Positions 29,170-39,292 of a stretch of DNA of 58,126 bases are shown piece by piece. A program made the translations under genes and the position numbers. The stretch is taken from the sequence record SRR31156797_5988; one strand, given 5' to 3'. The notes under the pieces were generated by a model, which ran no database searches, was not told where the DNA came from, and saw only the letters and a list, made by a program, of their open reading frames with translations. The stretch's first letter is position 1; the number at the start of each line of letters is the position of its first letter.

Positions 29170-31530
29170 CTAATCGAGTTTACCGGCTTCGTGATAATAA
29201 CGGTTTAAGTCAAACAATCCAGCTGTTTCAGGCTTTTCCCTGTTAAACCTTTCCTGAAACCAGTCATATACTTCCCAAAAATTATCGTCTGCACGATTTA
29301 CACTAAACCTCTCCATTTTTTGTATATGTACCTTGCTTCCATCAAAATGGGCAAGCAGAGATAAAAATTCGGGCAGCTCCTCAACGCTCAAATCAATATA
29401 ATTGTTGGGATAGGAACCGACAAACCCGTTGATAAAATCAGCTTGGTCTTTTTCCGGGTTCAACGTCTTTTTTTCACTGAACAAAAAGGTGACATTGTCA
29501 TGCCAACGATGGATAACAATGGAGACCACAGCGTCTTCCGCATCCGGGATCCGGATACGCATGTGGGCTACATTGACATTCTGGTCCTGAACAAAACGGA
29601 AAAAAGCGGTTCCTGGTGCGGAAACAGCGTGAAAACCGCGCAGATAGTCTTCACTCGTTGTGTACTTTTCTGGTAGTGACGGATATTTTTCACCGGCTTT
29701 GAGATAATTTTGATCAAAGCTAATGTTCGTTTCCGGCAGCAAGTGATGAGTTACAACATGTTCGATGAACTCTCGCTTAGGGTTATCTGTGGCAAATTCT
29801 ACAGTTGTTGCCATCTCCGCAGGATGATATTTCACCTCAGCAAAACTCACACCAGTGTACCACTGGCGCATAAGCTTTTCACGGTCATGTTGCGGCAAAA
29901 AATCAAGAAAATAACTTTCCCCTTCAATCCGTAACCTATCCATGTACAAGCGAGTTGCAAGCTGGTGACCGACAGTACCATAGACATCGAAACCTGCGAC
30001 CAAGGAATAATAGATTCTTTCAAGCAATGGAAAATCCATCACCCAGGCAGTGCGGGGCAGCCCACCGAGAACTCCTTTATGGACCGAAGCACTGTCAAAA
30101 TGACGAAAGACTGTGAGCAGTGGAGTATCAGCCGCCCTATCTCCCTTCCAGATGGAATCCATCCCTTGCCCTTGGTACAGATACGATGCGTAAAAATCCT
30201 GGCGCGCCTGATAGAAACGGACAGCACCCTGGTTATACCTGTTACCTAAAGCCTTAAACAACCCATACCCGCTCCCCTCTTCAGAGGGCATGGTCAAATC
30301 ACCGCTGTGCAGTTTCAGGAAACCGGGGTGGCGTACTGTCAGATCGTGATCGGGATCAAGAAACATGACCCAGAAATGGTCGTTGATCACATTAAGCGCT
30401 ACCTGTCCCTTGCAGACAGGTCCGCGAATAAAGGTCATGATAATGTAGTTGGCATTATCAAGTAAAAACTGGTAGCGGGAACGGGGGGGAATCTGCTCAA
30501 AGACTGCAAATGGGTTGGCGCTGACAACGGGATCGTAGCTAACCGTATGCGGCTCCTGCAGCCATTTGGGTTCAATAAACAGTGTATTAATTCGCGCATA
30601 CTGCTCCCCGTCTAACGGGAAGACCATATGGGTTTTATGGACAACAGTGGAATGAATCCTGCGAAACCGATAATAAAACGGTGCAGTGCCCGGATCGTCA
30701 TAGGGGCGAACCGTTGGAATGACCTCAACTGGTTGCCCAGCCGACGTACGGGAACGAACAAGTTCATAAAAGGCACCTGACCCGGTTTTAAAGGTTATAT
30801 GGGCCAAAAAAAGGTGCTCATACAGATAGCGGGCGGTCATCACGTTTTTGAGCTGCGAATTATTAAAAAATGTTTCCCATTGCTCTACCCATTGCTTATC
30901 CAGGGCGTCAATTGCGGTGAGAACATTTTGTTCTGCCGCTGTTGGCCCATGAGCACCTTGAACAATCCAGCCGGCAATAGTAGCATATTCATCTTTTTTT
31001 AAGGGCGGAAAACCAAATGGCATCCCTCGATTGGGGTGTTTTTGCAGATAGCTGGCAAGTTCAGTCCCGTTTTGGGAACAGGTCAGGTCAGCAGCTTCAG
31101 AGAAATAACTCCCTGTACTTTTCGGATTCTCAATTTTATGGTTGAGCAATTGCAGCATGAGCGCATCACTGAACCCAGCATCAGTGCCATTTTCGGTGAC
31201 ACTGAAAAACTCCTTTTTCCGCCACTGCTCAGTGGTTTGCGCGTCTATAAAAAGTCTGCTCGGATCCATGGTCCGTAACCGGGAAGAATCGTAAATAGCC
31301 TTCTTACTTGCCCCTCTGTCAGTACCTTCAAAGGAACTCAGCTTTAACTGACAAGGAGAATTATAACAGGAGTGGCAAACCACACACCGCTTGTCCAGAA
31401 TTGGCTTAACCTCTTGGAGATAATCCACCTTATGTGAAGGGATGCTTACCGCAACAGGCGGCAGAGACTTTTGCGCACAACCACCGACAAACACGACTAA
31501 CAAACATGCCAACAGAAGCCACTTGCTCAT
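29170..31530 (-). CDS. cti: Fatty acid cis/trans isomerase (c-type heme lipoprotein)
   Basis: 786 aa; lipobox VGGC; heme motif RCVVCHSCYNSPCQLKL; RYLYEHLFLAH, FIRGPVCKGQVALNVI, FRHFDSASV and GLFDLNRY. Confidence 0.92.
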   Translation of the reverse strand: MSKWLLLACLLVVFVGGCAQKSLPPVAVSIPSHKVDYLQEVKPILDKRCVVCHSCYNSPCQLKLSSFEGTDRGASKKAIYDSSRLRTMDPSRLFIDAQTTEQWRKKEFFSVTENGTDAGFSDALMLQLLNHKIENPKSTGSYFSEAADLTCSQNGTELASYLQKHPNRGMPFGFPPLKKDEYATIAGWIVQGAHGPTAAEQNVLTAIDALDKQWVEQWETFFNNSQLKNVMTARYLYEHLFLAHITFKTGSGAFYELVRSRTSAGQPVEVIPTVRPYDDPGTAPFYYRFRRIHSTVVHKTHMVFPLDGEQYARINTLFIEPKWLQEPHTVSYDPVVSANPFAVFEQIPPRSRYQFLLDNANYIIMTFIRGPVCKGQVALNVINDHFWVMFLDPDHDLTVRHPGFLKLHSGDLTMPSEEGSGYGLFKALGNRYNQGAVRFYQARQDFYASYLYQGQGMDSIWKGDRAADTPLLTVFRHFDSASVHKGVLGGLPRTAWVMDFPLLERIYYSLVAGFDVYGTVGHQLATRLYMDRLRIEGESYFLDFLPQHDREKLMRQWYTGVSFAEVKYHPAEMATTVEFATDNPKREFIEHVVTHHLLPETNISFDQNYLKAGEKYPSLPEKYTTSEDYLRGFHAVSAPGTAFFRFVQDQNVNVAHMRIRIPDAEDAVVSIVIHRWHDNVTFLFSEKKTLNPEKDQADFINGFVGSYPNNYIDLSVEELPEFLSLLAHFDGSKVHIQKMERFSVNRADDNFWEVYDWFQERFNREKPETAGLFDLNRYYHEAGKLD

Positions 31531-31548
31531 TTTTTCTCCTTTTGCTTA

Positions 31549-31734
31549 CTAGTTAGCAATATTTTTGATGGTATAGCCAATATCAAACACATCATGGCAG
31601 GCAGGACAGATAAAAAGCCACCGGGCCACGCTCTCCTCTTTCTTTATCATAGTATGAAAGCCGTCTTTATAGCCGCAGCTGGGACAGATCTTGAATTCAT
31701 CTTCCATGTCGATGGGTATAATATCATATGCCAT
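31549..31734 (-). CDS. Small zinc-ribbon protein
   Basis: 61 aa with CPSCGYKDGFH...ICPAC; lies directly upstream of cti. Confidence 0.75.
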   Translation of the reverse strand: MAYDIIPIDMEDEFKICPSCGYKDGFHTMIKKEESVARWLFICPACHDVFDIGYTIKNIAN

Positions 31735-31814
31735 AAGCGTATTATATGTCGTTAAATTGATAGCATCTTCTTTTATGGGTGATCACAGTCTTTAACCTGT
31801 CTCTCCCTCCACCT

Positions 31815-32936
31815 TCACCAGCAACTTCTTTTATCCTCTTCGTATTCCTGTAAAAAAGAGAGAACCGCATCGTAATCCCCTGAAAAAATGAGTAATGGTG
31901 CTTTCTTTTTTATTTTGTAGTCATACATTGGGTCATAATAATCACCAAGGAGTTTTTCTATCCACAACCTGTGTCCGTCTGGATTTCCCTCTTTCAACTG
32001 CTTAGTGTGGGCCTCCGTTTGCAACTTTTTTACAACGGCTACACGTTCACCACCAAGACGCCTGGAAATTTTGTCGACCTTGTGCTGCATGTTTTCCAAC
32101 CAACGAACCAGGCCCTTCTCCTCACCATATACCTGATTAAAAACTTCCTGGTCTTTCAGGACATATTCATCAAAAGTAATCTGTACCCTTTGTTCGAGGG
32201 ATGCTTCAAGCAAAACCACCTGAGATGTATTAAAATGGGCAGCTAAGCGGTTCGGTAAATAGCAACGCCCCACATGGGTTCCTTCAGCTTCTAGCACCAT
32301 GATCGAGTGCCCTTCACTTGCGTGTTTGACCAAAGCAAAGGCAAGCATGTTCTCAAAATTTGCCTGGCCCGGCTGAGGGTCAATAAAATTACCAAAGGAG
32401 GACCCCCGGTGATTGGCAAGTTTTTCCAAGTCAATCGCGTTATCAAGCTGGTGTAGCAATATGGTTTTTCCTGCTCCGGTTCGACCGTTAAGGATAATCG
32501 GCATACTGGTGAGCTGATCGGGGTCTAACTGTTCCAAAAGATACCTTCTAAAAGCCTTGTACCCGCCATCGATGCGAGGAACCACCTTGCCTGTTTTTTC
32601 AAAAATCCATTGTTGGGCAATCTGCGAACGTAGCCCGCCACGGGAACAAAACAACAAAGCACCAGGATTTTCTGCTATAAAATTAGACCAGGCCTGTATT
32701 CTCTTATTTTTGACAGCACCGTTGACAAATTCGTGGCCCAGTTCGAGTGCCGCTTCCTTGCCTTTTTCTTTATAGCAAATGCCTACCCTATGCCTCTCCT
32801 CATCAATCATTAACGGCAGGTTCACTGCGCCAGGCAAGGTAGCTCCCTGAAACTCTATAGGGGCACGGACATCAATTAATGGGCATTGTGTTGCTATAAT
32901 ATTCTGGTAATCAGTTACAATTTGTATTTCTTGCAT
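31815..32936 (-). CDS. mnmH: tRNA 2-selenouridine(34) synthase
   Basis: Rhodanese domain IDVRAPIEF...FCSRGGLRS; P-loop GRTGAGKT; LANHRGSSFG; YYDPMY. Start at ATG 32936. Confidence 0.95.
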   Translation of the reverse strand: MQEIQIVTDYQNIIATQCPLIDVRAPIEFQGATLPGAVNLPLMIDEERHRVGICYKEKGKEAALELGHEFVNGAVKNKRIQAWSNFIAENPGALLFCSRGGLRSQIAQQWIFEKTGKVVPRIDGGYKAFRRYLLEQLDPDQLTSMPIILNGRTGAGKTILLHQLDNAIDLEKLANHRGSSFGNFIDPQPGQANFENMLAFALVKHASEGHSIMVLEAEGTHVGRCYLPNRLAAHFNTSQVVLLEASLEQRVQITFDEYVLKDQEVFNQVYGEEKGLVRWLENMQHKVDKISRRLGGERVAVVKKLQTEAHTKQLKEGNPDGHRLWIEKLLGDYYDPMYDYKIKKKAPLLIFSGDYDAVLSFLQEYEEDKRSCW

Positions 32937-33192
32937 CGAGTCCTTTCTAATGGCCCCCTGAAAGAAAGCAAAATACAAAGAAAGCTGACTTTACATAATT
33001 GCTCAATCCAGTCATGGTCTGTTAGTGGTCTATAAGAATGAGATATAAGATTTTGAAATAAATTCATTATTTGTTTAGCAAGCGCATAAAAGCGCCTCCG
33101 ACCAAGAGTTTCAAGGGGTTTTTTGCAACTACCCCCAACTACTCTTGAAACCCGGTTGAAAACACTGGGATTGAGGAAATCACAGGGTGGAG

Positions 33193-34131
33193 TCAGAACA
33201 ACCCTATGACATACTCATACAAGGCCAGCATTACAGGGACATAAATTATGGAAAGGAGATTGGAAAGCAGCACGGCCAAAGCTGCCTTTTCAGGTTTAGC
33301 ATTAAGCAATACCGCTAAGGTAACCGTGTTGCCAGCCATGGGGACAATGGAAAAAACAAACATAACCTTATACAATTCACTATTGAGTAAATGAGTGAAG
33401 GTTATATCCAGCATGATAACCAGGCCTACTAACAGAGGCCACAGGAGGTGTTTGGCAATTAGGGATATTTTTAAAAACGCTGCATCCACCCCTCCTCCTT
33501 TGCGCATGCCATCCAGCCCCATACCGATAACCATCATGCCGAGGATGGAAAATACCACCTTAAATTGACCAGAATACAGAAGAAAGGACTCTGGCAACCC
33601 AATCCCTGACAGATTTAGTACCAACGCCGCTGCAAACGCATACAGTGTCGGCAGCCTGCAGACTTTTTTAAAACTCTCCAAGGCTGTAAATGTTCCTTTG
33701 GCAGTAGTATAAAAACCAGTTGTAGCCTCATAAAAGAAAGATGCCAATACAGTGAAAATAAAGATATCGGCTATTGCCGGTTCAAATAAAACCAGGGCCA
33801 GGGCGATTCCGTAATATCCGGTATTACCAGTGCCAGCAGTAAAGCCAAGGATATTACTGGTGGCATCGGGCCACTTATTTTCATAGAGTTTGAGATAGAT
33901 AAAAGCAAGAGAGGAGCCGAACAGGTAGAAAAAAACAGGTAAAAAAAGAACTGCAGAATTAATGGTTACACTCAAGGTGGCACTGAAGACAACCATGGGG
34001 CCAACAACATAAAACAAGACAGTTGCTATTGCCTCTTTATTAACCCGAAGGTAGCGAGAAGCAAGGTACCCCAGGGCAATATTGGCATAAAGGGGAAGGA
34101 TCTTCCCTAATAAAACAAAAAAAACGCTCAC
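33193..34131 (-). CDS. AEC family transporter
   Basis: About 10 TM segments; GNTGYYGIAL and PMAGNT motifs. Confidence 0.85.
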   Translation of the reverse strand: MSVFFVLLGKILPLYANIALGYLASRYLRVNKEAIATVLFYVVGPMVVFSATLSVTINSAVLFLPVFFYLFGSSLAFIYLKLYENKWPDATSNILGFTAGTGNTGYYGIALALVLFEPAIADIFIFTVLASFFYEATTGFYTTAKGTFTALESFKKVCRLPTLYAFAAALVLNLSGIGLPESFLLYSGQFKVVFSILGMMVIGMGLDGMRKGGGVDAAFLKISLIAKHLLWPLLVGLVIMLDITFTHLLNSELYKVMFVFSIVPMAGNTVTLAVLLNAKPEKAALAVLLSNLLSIIYVPVMLALYEYVIGLF

Positions 34132-34249
34132 AACACTTGTCCTGCCAATGTGGCACCATCCATTATTCCACCGCTCTGTTGTTCAGTTCTCTTTTCACAC
34201 TTTTGCCGGATAGGCTCATTGATACAGGCATATAAAGCAAATAATTTTA

Positions 34250-35053
34250 TCAACTGATCAATCCCCAGACCATCTTGGTGGCTACAGCGTAGAGGAAAAG
34301 AGCAAAGATTCGCTTAAGCTTATCTACTGGCAGTGAATGGGCCAGTTTTGCACCTAGTGGTGCTGTCAGTACACTCAGGCAGACAATAAAGATCAGAGCA
34401 GGCAGGTATACATAACCAATGCTATAAGGAGGTAATCCACTGGCCTGCAGGTTATTAACTACATACCCAAACGCTCCAGCAATGGCAATGGGAAAGCCGA
34501 TAGCGGCAGAGGTGCCGATCGCCCTGTGCGCAGGCACATTGCACCAGAGCATAAACGGTACAGAGAGCGAACCGCCGCCGATACCAACCAGGCTCGACGC
34601 GACTCCTATGATATTCCCCACACCAAACATACCTGTTTTACCTGGCAGTTCCCGTGATGCCTTGGGTTTTTTACTCAAAATCATCTGGGTGGCAACGCTG
34701 TAAAGGAAAACACAGAAAAATGCTTTGAGAAAACCAGTGGACAATCTTGAGGCAACAATGGTGCCGAGGAAGGTGCCAACAAGGATACCAGGAATAATGG
34801 TCTTAACAATGGACCAGGCAACCGCCCCCCTGCGATGATGAGACATGAAGCTGGAAACAGAGGTAAAAATAATGCTTGCCAGGGAAGTCCCAAGGGCCAA
34901 ATGCATAATCACATCTGAGTCAATATTCTGCTTCATAAAACAAAACACAAGCATCGGTACAATAACCAGGCCACCGCCGACGCCAAGCAAACCGGCAAGT
35001 AAGCCGGCAATAAGACCAACAGGGAGATACATTAATACAAGTTCAAACGACAT
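34250..35053 (-). CDS. Sulfite exporter TauE/SafE family protein
   Basis: GLLGVGGGLVIVP, ALGTSL, GIGGGSLSVP and AIGTS; GGAGG RBS. Confidence 0.92.
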   Translation of the reverse strand: MSFELVLMYLPVGLIAGLLAGLLGVGGGLVIVPMLVFCFMKQNIDSDVIMHLALGTSLASIIFTSVSSFMSHHRRGAVAWSIVKTIIPGILVGTFLGTIVASRLSTGFLKAFFCVFLYSVATQMILSKKPKASRELPGKTGMFGVGNIIGVASSLVGIGGGSLSVPFMLWCNVPAHRAIGTSAAIGFPIAIAGAFGYVVNNLQASGLPPYSIGYVYLPALIFIVCLSVLTAPLGAKLAHSLPVDKLKRIFALFLYAVATKMVWGLIS

Positions 35054-35136
35054 TTGTCCTCCTTACCGACTATGACACCAACGACAAAGCCGGCTAATAA
35101 TAAATACAAAAAGCCCATAGGAAAAAACAGGGATTA

Positions 35137-35838
35137 TTAGTCTTCCCCTATAACATGCTCTTCAATAGCCATAATGTGTGACTGCATCGCCTTGTAAGCG
35201 GCCTCTGCGTCTCCTGCCTCAAGAGCCTGAATAATGCGCAGGTGTCCTTCAACTGAGGTGACAGCCCGCTCGTTGCTCTGTAGCCAGGGGGAGCGGGTTT
35301 CATCAATCAACGATTGAATGGTTGCCATAACCTGGGTAAGAACAGGATTGACGCAGCACTCAGTTAGCAACCGATGAAATTCAGCATCAAGAGCATCACC
35401 ATTCTTCCCCTGCAGCAATATGTTCTGCTGATCGCAGACGAGTATCTTCAATCTATCCAGAAAATGCGGTTTTATCCTCTGAGCTGCCAGAGCTGCAATT
35501 TGCGGCTCTATTAATTGTCGCAACTCAATAATGTACCCTAGATTCTCATCTTGCCGCTTGATGGTACCCAGCAGGGAATCAACCGGGGTGAACGCTTCAC
35601 TGTCTGCAATCAAGTAAGTACCATTCCCTTGTCTGCTTTCAATTATCTCCCGTTCCCCAAGTGCCTGGAGAGCCCGACGAAGTATGCTGCGGGATACACC
35701 AAGAGAACTTGCTAATTTCCTTTCCGGTGGCAGGCGGTCTCCAACACACAGACGCCCCTCGACAACCAGCTCGCGGACCTGTTCGATAACCCCAAGATAC
35801 CCTTGCACATTCTCAACAGCTTTTTTATTTTTATGCAT
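35137..35838 (-). CDS. GntR/FadR family transcriptional regulator
   Basis: GDRLPPERKLASSLGVSRSILRRAL HTH and FCD domain (DAEFH...EGHLRI); start at ATG 35838. Confidence 0.93.
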   Translation of the reverse strand: MHKNKKAVENVQGYLGVIEQVRELVVEGRLCVGDRLPPERKLASSLGVSRSILRRALQALGEREIIESRQGNGTYLIADSEAFTPVDSLLGTIKRQDENLGYIIELRQLIEPQIAALAAQRIKPHFLDRLKILVCDQQNILLQGKNGDALDAEFHRLLTECCVNPVLTQVMATIQSLIDETRSPWLQSNERAVTSVEGHLRIIQALEAGDAEAAYKAMQSHIMAIEEHVIGED

Positions 35839-35855
35839 ATTTGTTTCAACACACC

Positions 35856-35957
35856 AATTGGTCAACCATTACAAAACACAAACATGGTTTATACACTATC
35901 TATTCAAATTTAACAATATTTGCCCCTGCAAATTGGTCAACCAATTTACAGGGGCAA
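35856..35957. promoter_or_regulatory. Two FadR-type operators, the second embedded in a 38-bp palindrome
   Basis: AATTGGTCAACCATT at 35856-35870 and TTGCCCCTGCAAATTGGT-CA-ACCAATTTACAGGGGCAA at 35920-35957; TGGT-N2-ACCA is a FadR-subfamily core. Confidence 0.75.
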
Positions 35958-36119
35958 CATTTCTGCCAGATACCAACAATCTTCGCTTGAAAACTCTTTT
36001 TAAAGTGATAGACTTAGTGGTTTTATCTAAAGATTTTTTGGATCGGCAAAGTTGGTCACTTCATTGAAAATGATCAACGAAATATTACAAACCATTTCAG
36101 CTCGACCCTGGTAACGACA

Positions 36120-36446
36120 TTGACAGCAGGACAAGACCGCAGAAAAGCATTCCGAATGCCCTTTAATGCCGACGTTGTTTGTCGGGACAAAGTAACAGGT
36201 AGCACCTATCAAGGAAAGCTCAAGGACATCAGTGCGTTGGGTTTGTTTATCGAAACAGTTGATCCTCCGCCTGTGGAAAGTGAGTGCGAACTGGCAATTG
36301 CACTTCAAGGTACAAGCAGCCGGCTGGTCATTGATAAGTTAAAAGGGACAATCGTGCGACATGTAAATGGTGGCATGGCGATTCGCTTTCATGATCGGCT
36401 GGAATGGATAGCATTGGTGCCGATCTATTTTCATAAAATGAAATAA
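36120..36446 (+). CDS. PilZ domain protein (c-di-GMP receptor)
   Basis: RxxxR (RRKAFR) and DxSxxG (DISALG) motifs; 108 aa; TTG start. Confidence 0.88.
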   Translation: MTAGQDRRKAFRMPFNADVVCRDKVTGSTYQGKLKDISALGLFIETVDPPPVESECELAIALQGTSSRLVIDKLKGTIVRHVNGGMAIRFHDRLEWIALVPIYFHKMK

Positions 36447-36564
36447 TCCCCTCCCCCGATCATACCGTTTCTCACTTTCTATTCTCATCTCCTTTGTTCA
36501 TCGCCTTTCCTTAAATCGATAATTTGAATCTAGCAATAGAATCCAATCATCAATCAATACATCC

Positions 36565-36593
36565 TTGACATTTAGCCTACCTACTAGTAGGTT
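36565..36593 (+). promoter_or_regulatory. Sigma70 promoter overlapped by a palindromic TetR operator
   Basis: TTGACA (36565-36570), 17 nt, TAGGTT (36588-36593); perfect palindrome ACCTACTAGTAGGT at 36579-36592. Confidence 0.75.
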
Positions 36594-36600
36594 CACAGGG

Positions 36601-37164
36601 ATGGATGATACCCGAACAAAAATACTTGATGCTGCACAAGACCTTATACAGCGTGTAGGTATCAATGCGATGAGCTATAAGCACATCAGCGATACGGTAG
36701 GAATTCGTAAGGCGTCGATTCATCACCATTTTCCCAAAAAAGAGAACCTGGTCGATGATTTGCTGAACCGTTGTCAAATCTCATATGGTGCATACTACAC
36801 TGACATTGTGAAAGGCAGTGATTCTGCTCCGGAGAAGTTGAGAAAACTTGCCGCCGTCTTTGAAAATGGCCTGAGAAATAAAAAACTCTGTCTAATTGGC
36901 TCGATAAGCACAGACAGCAATACTCTACAAGACCATTCCTGCAGGATTCTTGAACAGAGCATTCATAGTACGGTTACCATTTTTTCCACCGTCTTTACCC
37001 AGGGAAGGCAAGAAAACTCCCTAGCTTTTACCAAAACAGCTGAAGATGCTGCTTTTGCTTTCTTTTCCTCTCTGGTCGGTGCCCAGATAGTCGCGCGATC
37101 CTGTGGAGGCGTAGAGACTTTTCACAAAGCAGCAGAAGTTATGATAGAAACACTTGAATCATAA
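36601..37164 (+). CDS. TetR family regulator (NemR-like)
   Basis: MDDTRTKILDAAQDL, HTH GIRKASIHHHFPKKENL and C-terminal-domain Cys (LCLIG); start at ATG 36601. Confidence 0.9.
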   Translation: MDDTRTKILDAAQDLIQRVGINAMSYKHISDTVGIRKASIHHHFPKKENLVDDLLNRCQISYGAYYTDIVKGSDSAPEKLRKLAAVFENGLRNKKLCLIGSISTDSNTLQDHSCRILEQSIHSTVTIFSTVFTQGRQENSLAFTKTAEDAAFAFFSSLVGAQIVARSCGGVETFHKAAEVMIETLES

Positions 37165-37249
37165 TTTCCCCCCCATAACCTCTCGGTCGGTAGCCAATTG
37201 CCCCAAGGGGCGACCCTACAGAACAGCACACTGACCAACGACAAATATC

Positions 37250-38404
37250 ATGAAAAGCCAAGAACCATACAAAGGGTTTGAGCAAGGTCCCATACGACCT
37301 CCCAGTGAGGCAGAGAGCCTGCTGATTCGTATTACTAGAAATTGCCCCTGGAACAGGTGCACTTTCTGTCCTGTCTACAAGGGTACCCAGTTTAGCAGAC
37401 GCCCGGTTGAACATGTGTTGCAGGATATTGATACTGTCCGGTCTTTTGTCGACGCTATAAATCACGCCAGGCAGTCTGGTGAGCAGCTCTCTCATCGCAA
37501 ATTGCAAGATTTGACACAGGGCGGAAAAGGAAAAGACATGCAGGCACTACACGCTGCATATTCGTTTGTTGCTGGCGGCATGAAGTCAATTTTCCTTCAA
37601 GACGGCAATAGCTTAATTATTAAGCCAGAAGACATGATTCGCATCCTGAACCACCTCAAAAATGCCTTTCCAAAGGTGGAACGCATCACCTCTTACGGAC
37701 GCTCTCAGACCATAGCCAAAATCAGTGACGCTCACTTAGCGCAAATGGCAGAAGCTGGGCTGAACAGAGTTCATATTGGGATGGAATCAGGTTCAGACAA
37801 GGTGCTGAAGATGGTGAAAAAGGGTGCAGACAAGGCGACTCAGGTGCTCGCAGGAAAAAAAGTAAAAAATGCCGGGATCCAGTTATCAGAATACTATATG
37901 CCAGGCCTTGGCGGCAAGGCACTGTCTAAAGAAAACGCCCTGGAAACCGCTGATGCATTAAATCAGATTAACCCGGATTACATACGGCTGCGAACCCTGG
38001 CACTGCCGGAAAACGCTCCTCTCACGGAGCAATTCCGCCAGGGCAATTTCGATAAAATGGGAGAGGTCGATACAGCCAGAGAGCTCCTGCTTTTTCTCGA
38101 AAACCTACACGGAATAACCAGTACAGTAAAAAGTGATCATGTCCTGAATCTATTTTCTGAGGTTGACGGGATTCTTCCAACTGCTCGGGAGCAACTGCTG
38201 CAACCTGTCCAAAAATTTCTTGCACTTGAGCGTGAGCAGCAGATGGTTTTTTGTATTGGCAGGCGTACACATCGTCTGTCGCGTATCAGCGATCTTGATG
38301 ATCCTGTTCTTCGTGGTCATGCTCTAGAAATGTGCTCTGAGTTTGGAGTAACGGTTGACAACATGGACCAAGTTACAGAAGCGCTTATGCAGCGTTTCAT
38401 ATAA
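37250..38404 (+). CDS. Radical SAM protein
   Basis: IRPPSEA N-terminus, cluster motif CPWNRCTFC, IFLQDGN and GMESGSD. Confidence 0.9.
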   Translation: MKSQEPYKGFEQGPIRPPSEAESLLIRITRNCPWNRCTFCPVYKGTQFSRRPVEHVLQDIDTVRSFVDAINHARQSGEQLSHRKLQDLTQGGKGKDMQALHAAYSFVAGGMKSIFLQDGNSLIIKPEDMIRILNHLKNAFPKVERITSYGRSQTIAKISDAHLAQMAEAGLNRVHIGMESGSDKVLKMVKKGADKATQVLAGKKVKNAGIQLSEYYMPGLGGKALSKENALETADALNQINPDYIRLRTLALPENAPLTEQFRQGNFDKMGEVDTARELLLFLENLHGITSTVKSDHVLNLFSEVDGILPTAREQLLQPVQKFLALEREQQMVFCIGRRTHRLSRISDLDDPVLRGHALEMCSEFGVTVDNMDQVTEALMQRFI

Positions 38405-38628
38405 GAACCTTTGCACTGCTAGTTACCACGCACCCATAAAGACAACTCTCAACTTAATCACATAAAACCCATACAAAAGGCCATTTACTCCGACTATACC
38501 TGCTTCATCTAATACTGTAGCAAAACGGTAGATAGAATAAACTCAACTTCCTGCCGCAAAAGGGAAGGTAATGCTACTGCATTAATTGCCCATCTGGCAC
38601 CAGGAATTTTACAGAAGGAGAAGAAACA

Positions 38629-39252
38629 ATGACTCCCCAAACTATTACAAATGCAAGCCCAAAAAACTCAATACCAACCATAACGCTTCAACTTTCCAAG
38701 GAGGGAATGGACAAATTCACAACGCTTCTCCAGTCTGGTGTAGAGATCGAGACCACTGCTGGAGAACCGCTGCTGCAGTTTCTCGAAAAGATACCTGGAT
38801 TTACCCCTGAATATATCGATAACGAAATACAAACTATTTTTCTTGATGGTACTGCAATAGACGATGTGCATGCTCCCTTGACAGACACAGAAACGGTCAT
38901 TGCCCTTTCAGCAGCCATGCCTGGGCTTTCCGGTGCCATTTACAGGAAAAACAGTATCCACTCCCCTCTTCGATCGGTACATCACCAGTATGATACAACA
39001 AAAGTCGACGAGAAAACGATATCGATTTACCTCAAACTCTTTAATTCTATTGCCAGAGATCGAGGTGCCGAGATGCTCCGTCTGGGTGTAACATTGAAGA
39101 CATCTGCCATGTTGACCTTTTTACAGACACGACCTTGGCTGACAGACCATATACAGGCAGTCATGATAAATGATACCCCCGCTGCCAATACCGATTCCTT
39201 AGTGGATACGCTTCGAAACACCGAGCGAGCCCACCTCAGTTTAATACATTAA
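38629..39252 (+). CDS. Hypothetical protein
   Basis: 207 aa, AGGAG RBS; TIFLDG..IDD...VIALSAAMPGL segment; directly upstream of ALDH. Confidence 0.75.
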   Translation: MTPQTITNASPKNSIPTITLQLSKEGMDKFTTLLQSGVEIETTAGEPLLQFLEKIPGFTPEYIDNEIQTIFLDGTAIDDVHAPLTDTETVIALSAAMPGLSGAIYRKNSIHSPLRSVHHQYDTTKVDEKTISIYLKLFNSIARDRGAEMLRLGVTLKTSAMLTFLQTRPWLTDHIQAVMINDTPAANTDSLVDTLRNTERAHLSLIH

Positions 39253-39292
39253 GAATGAACGCACTCAATGATCAGGCAAAGGAGAGGCCCCA

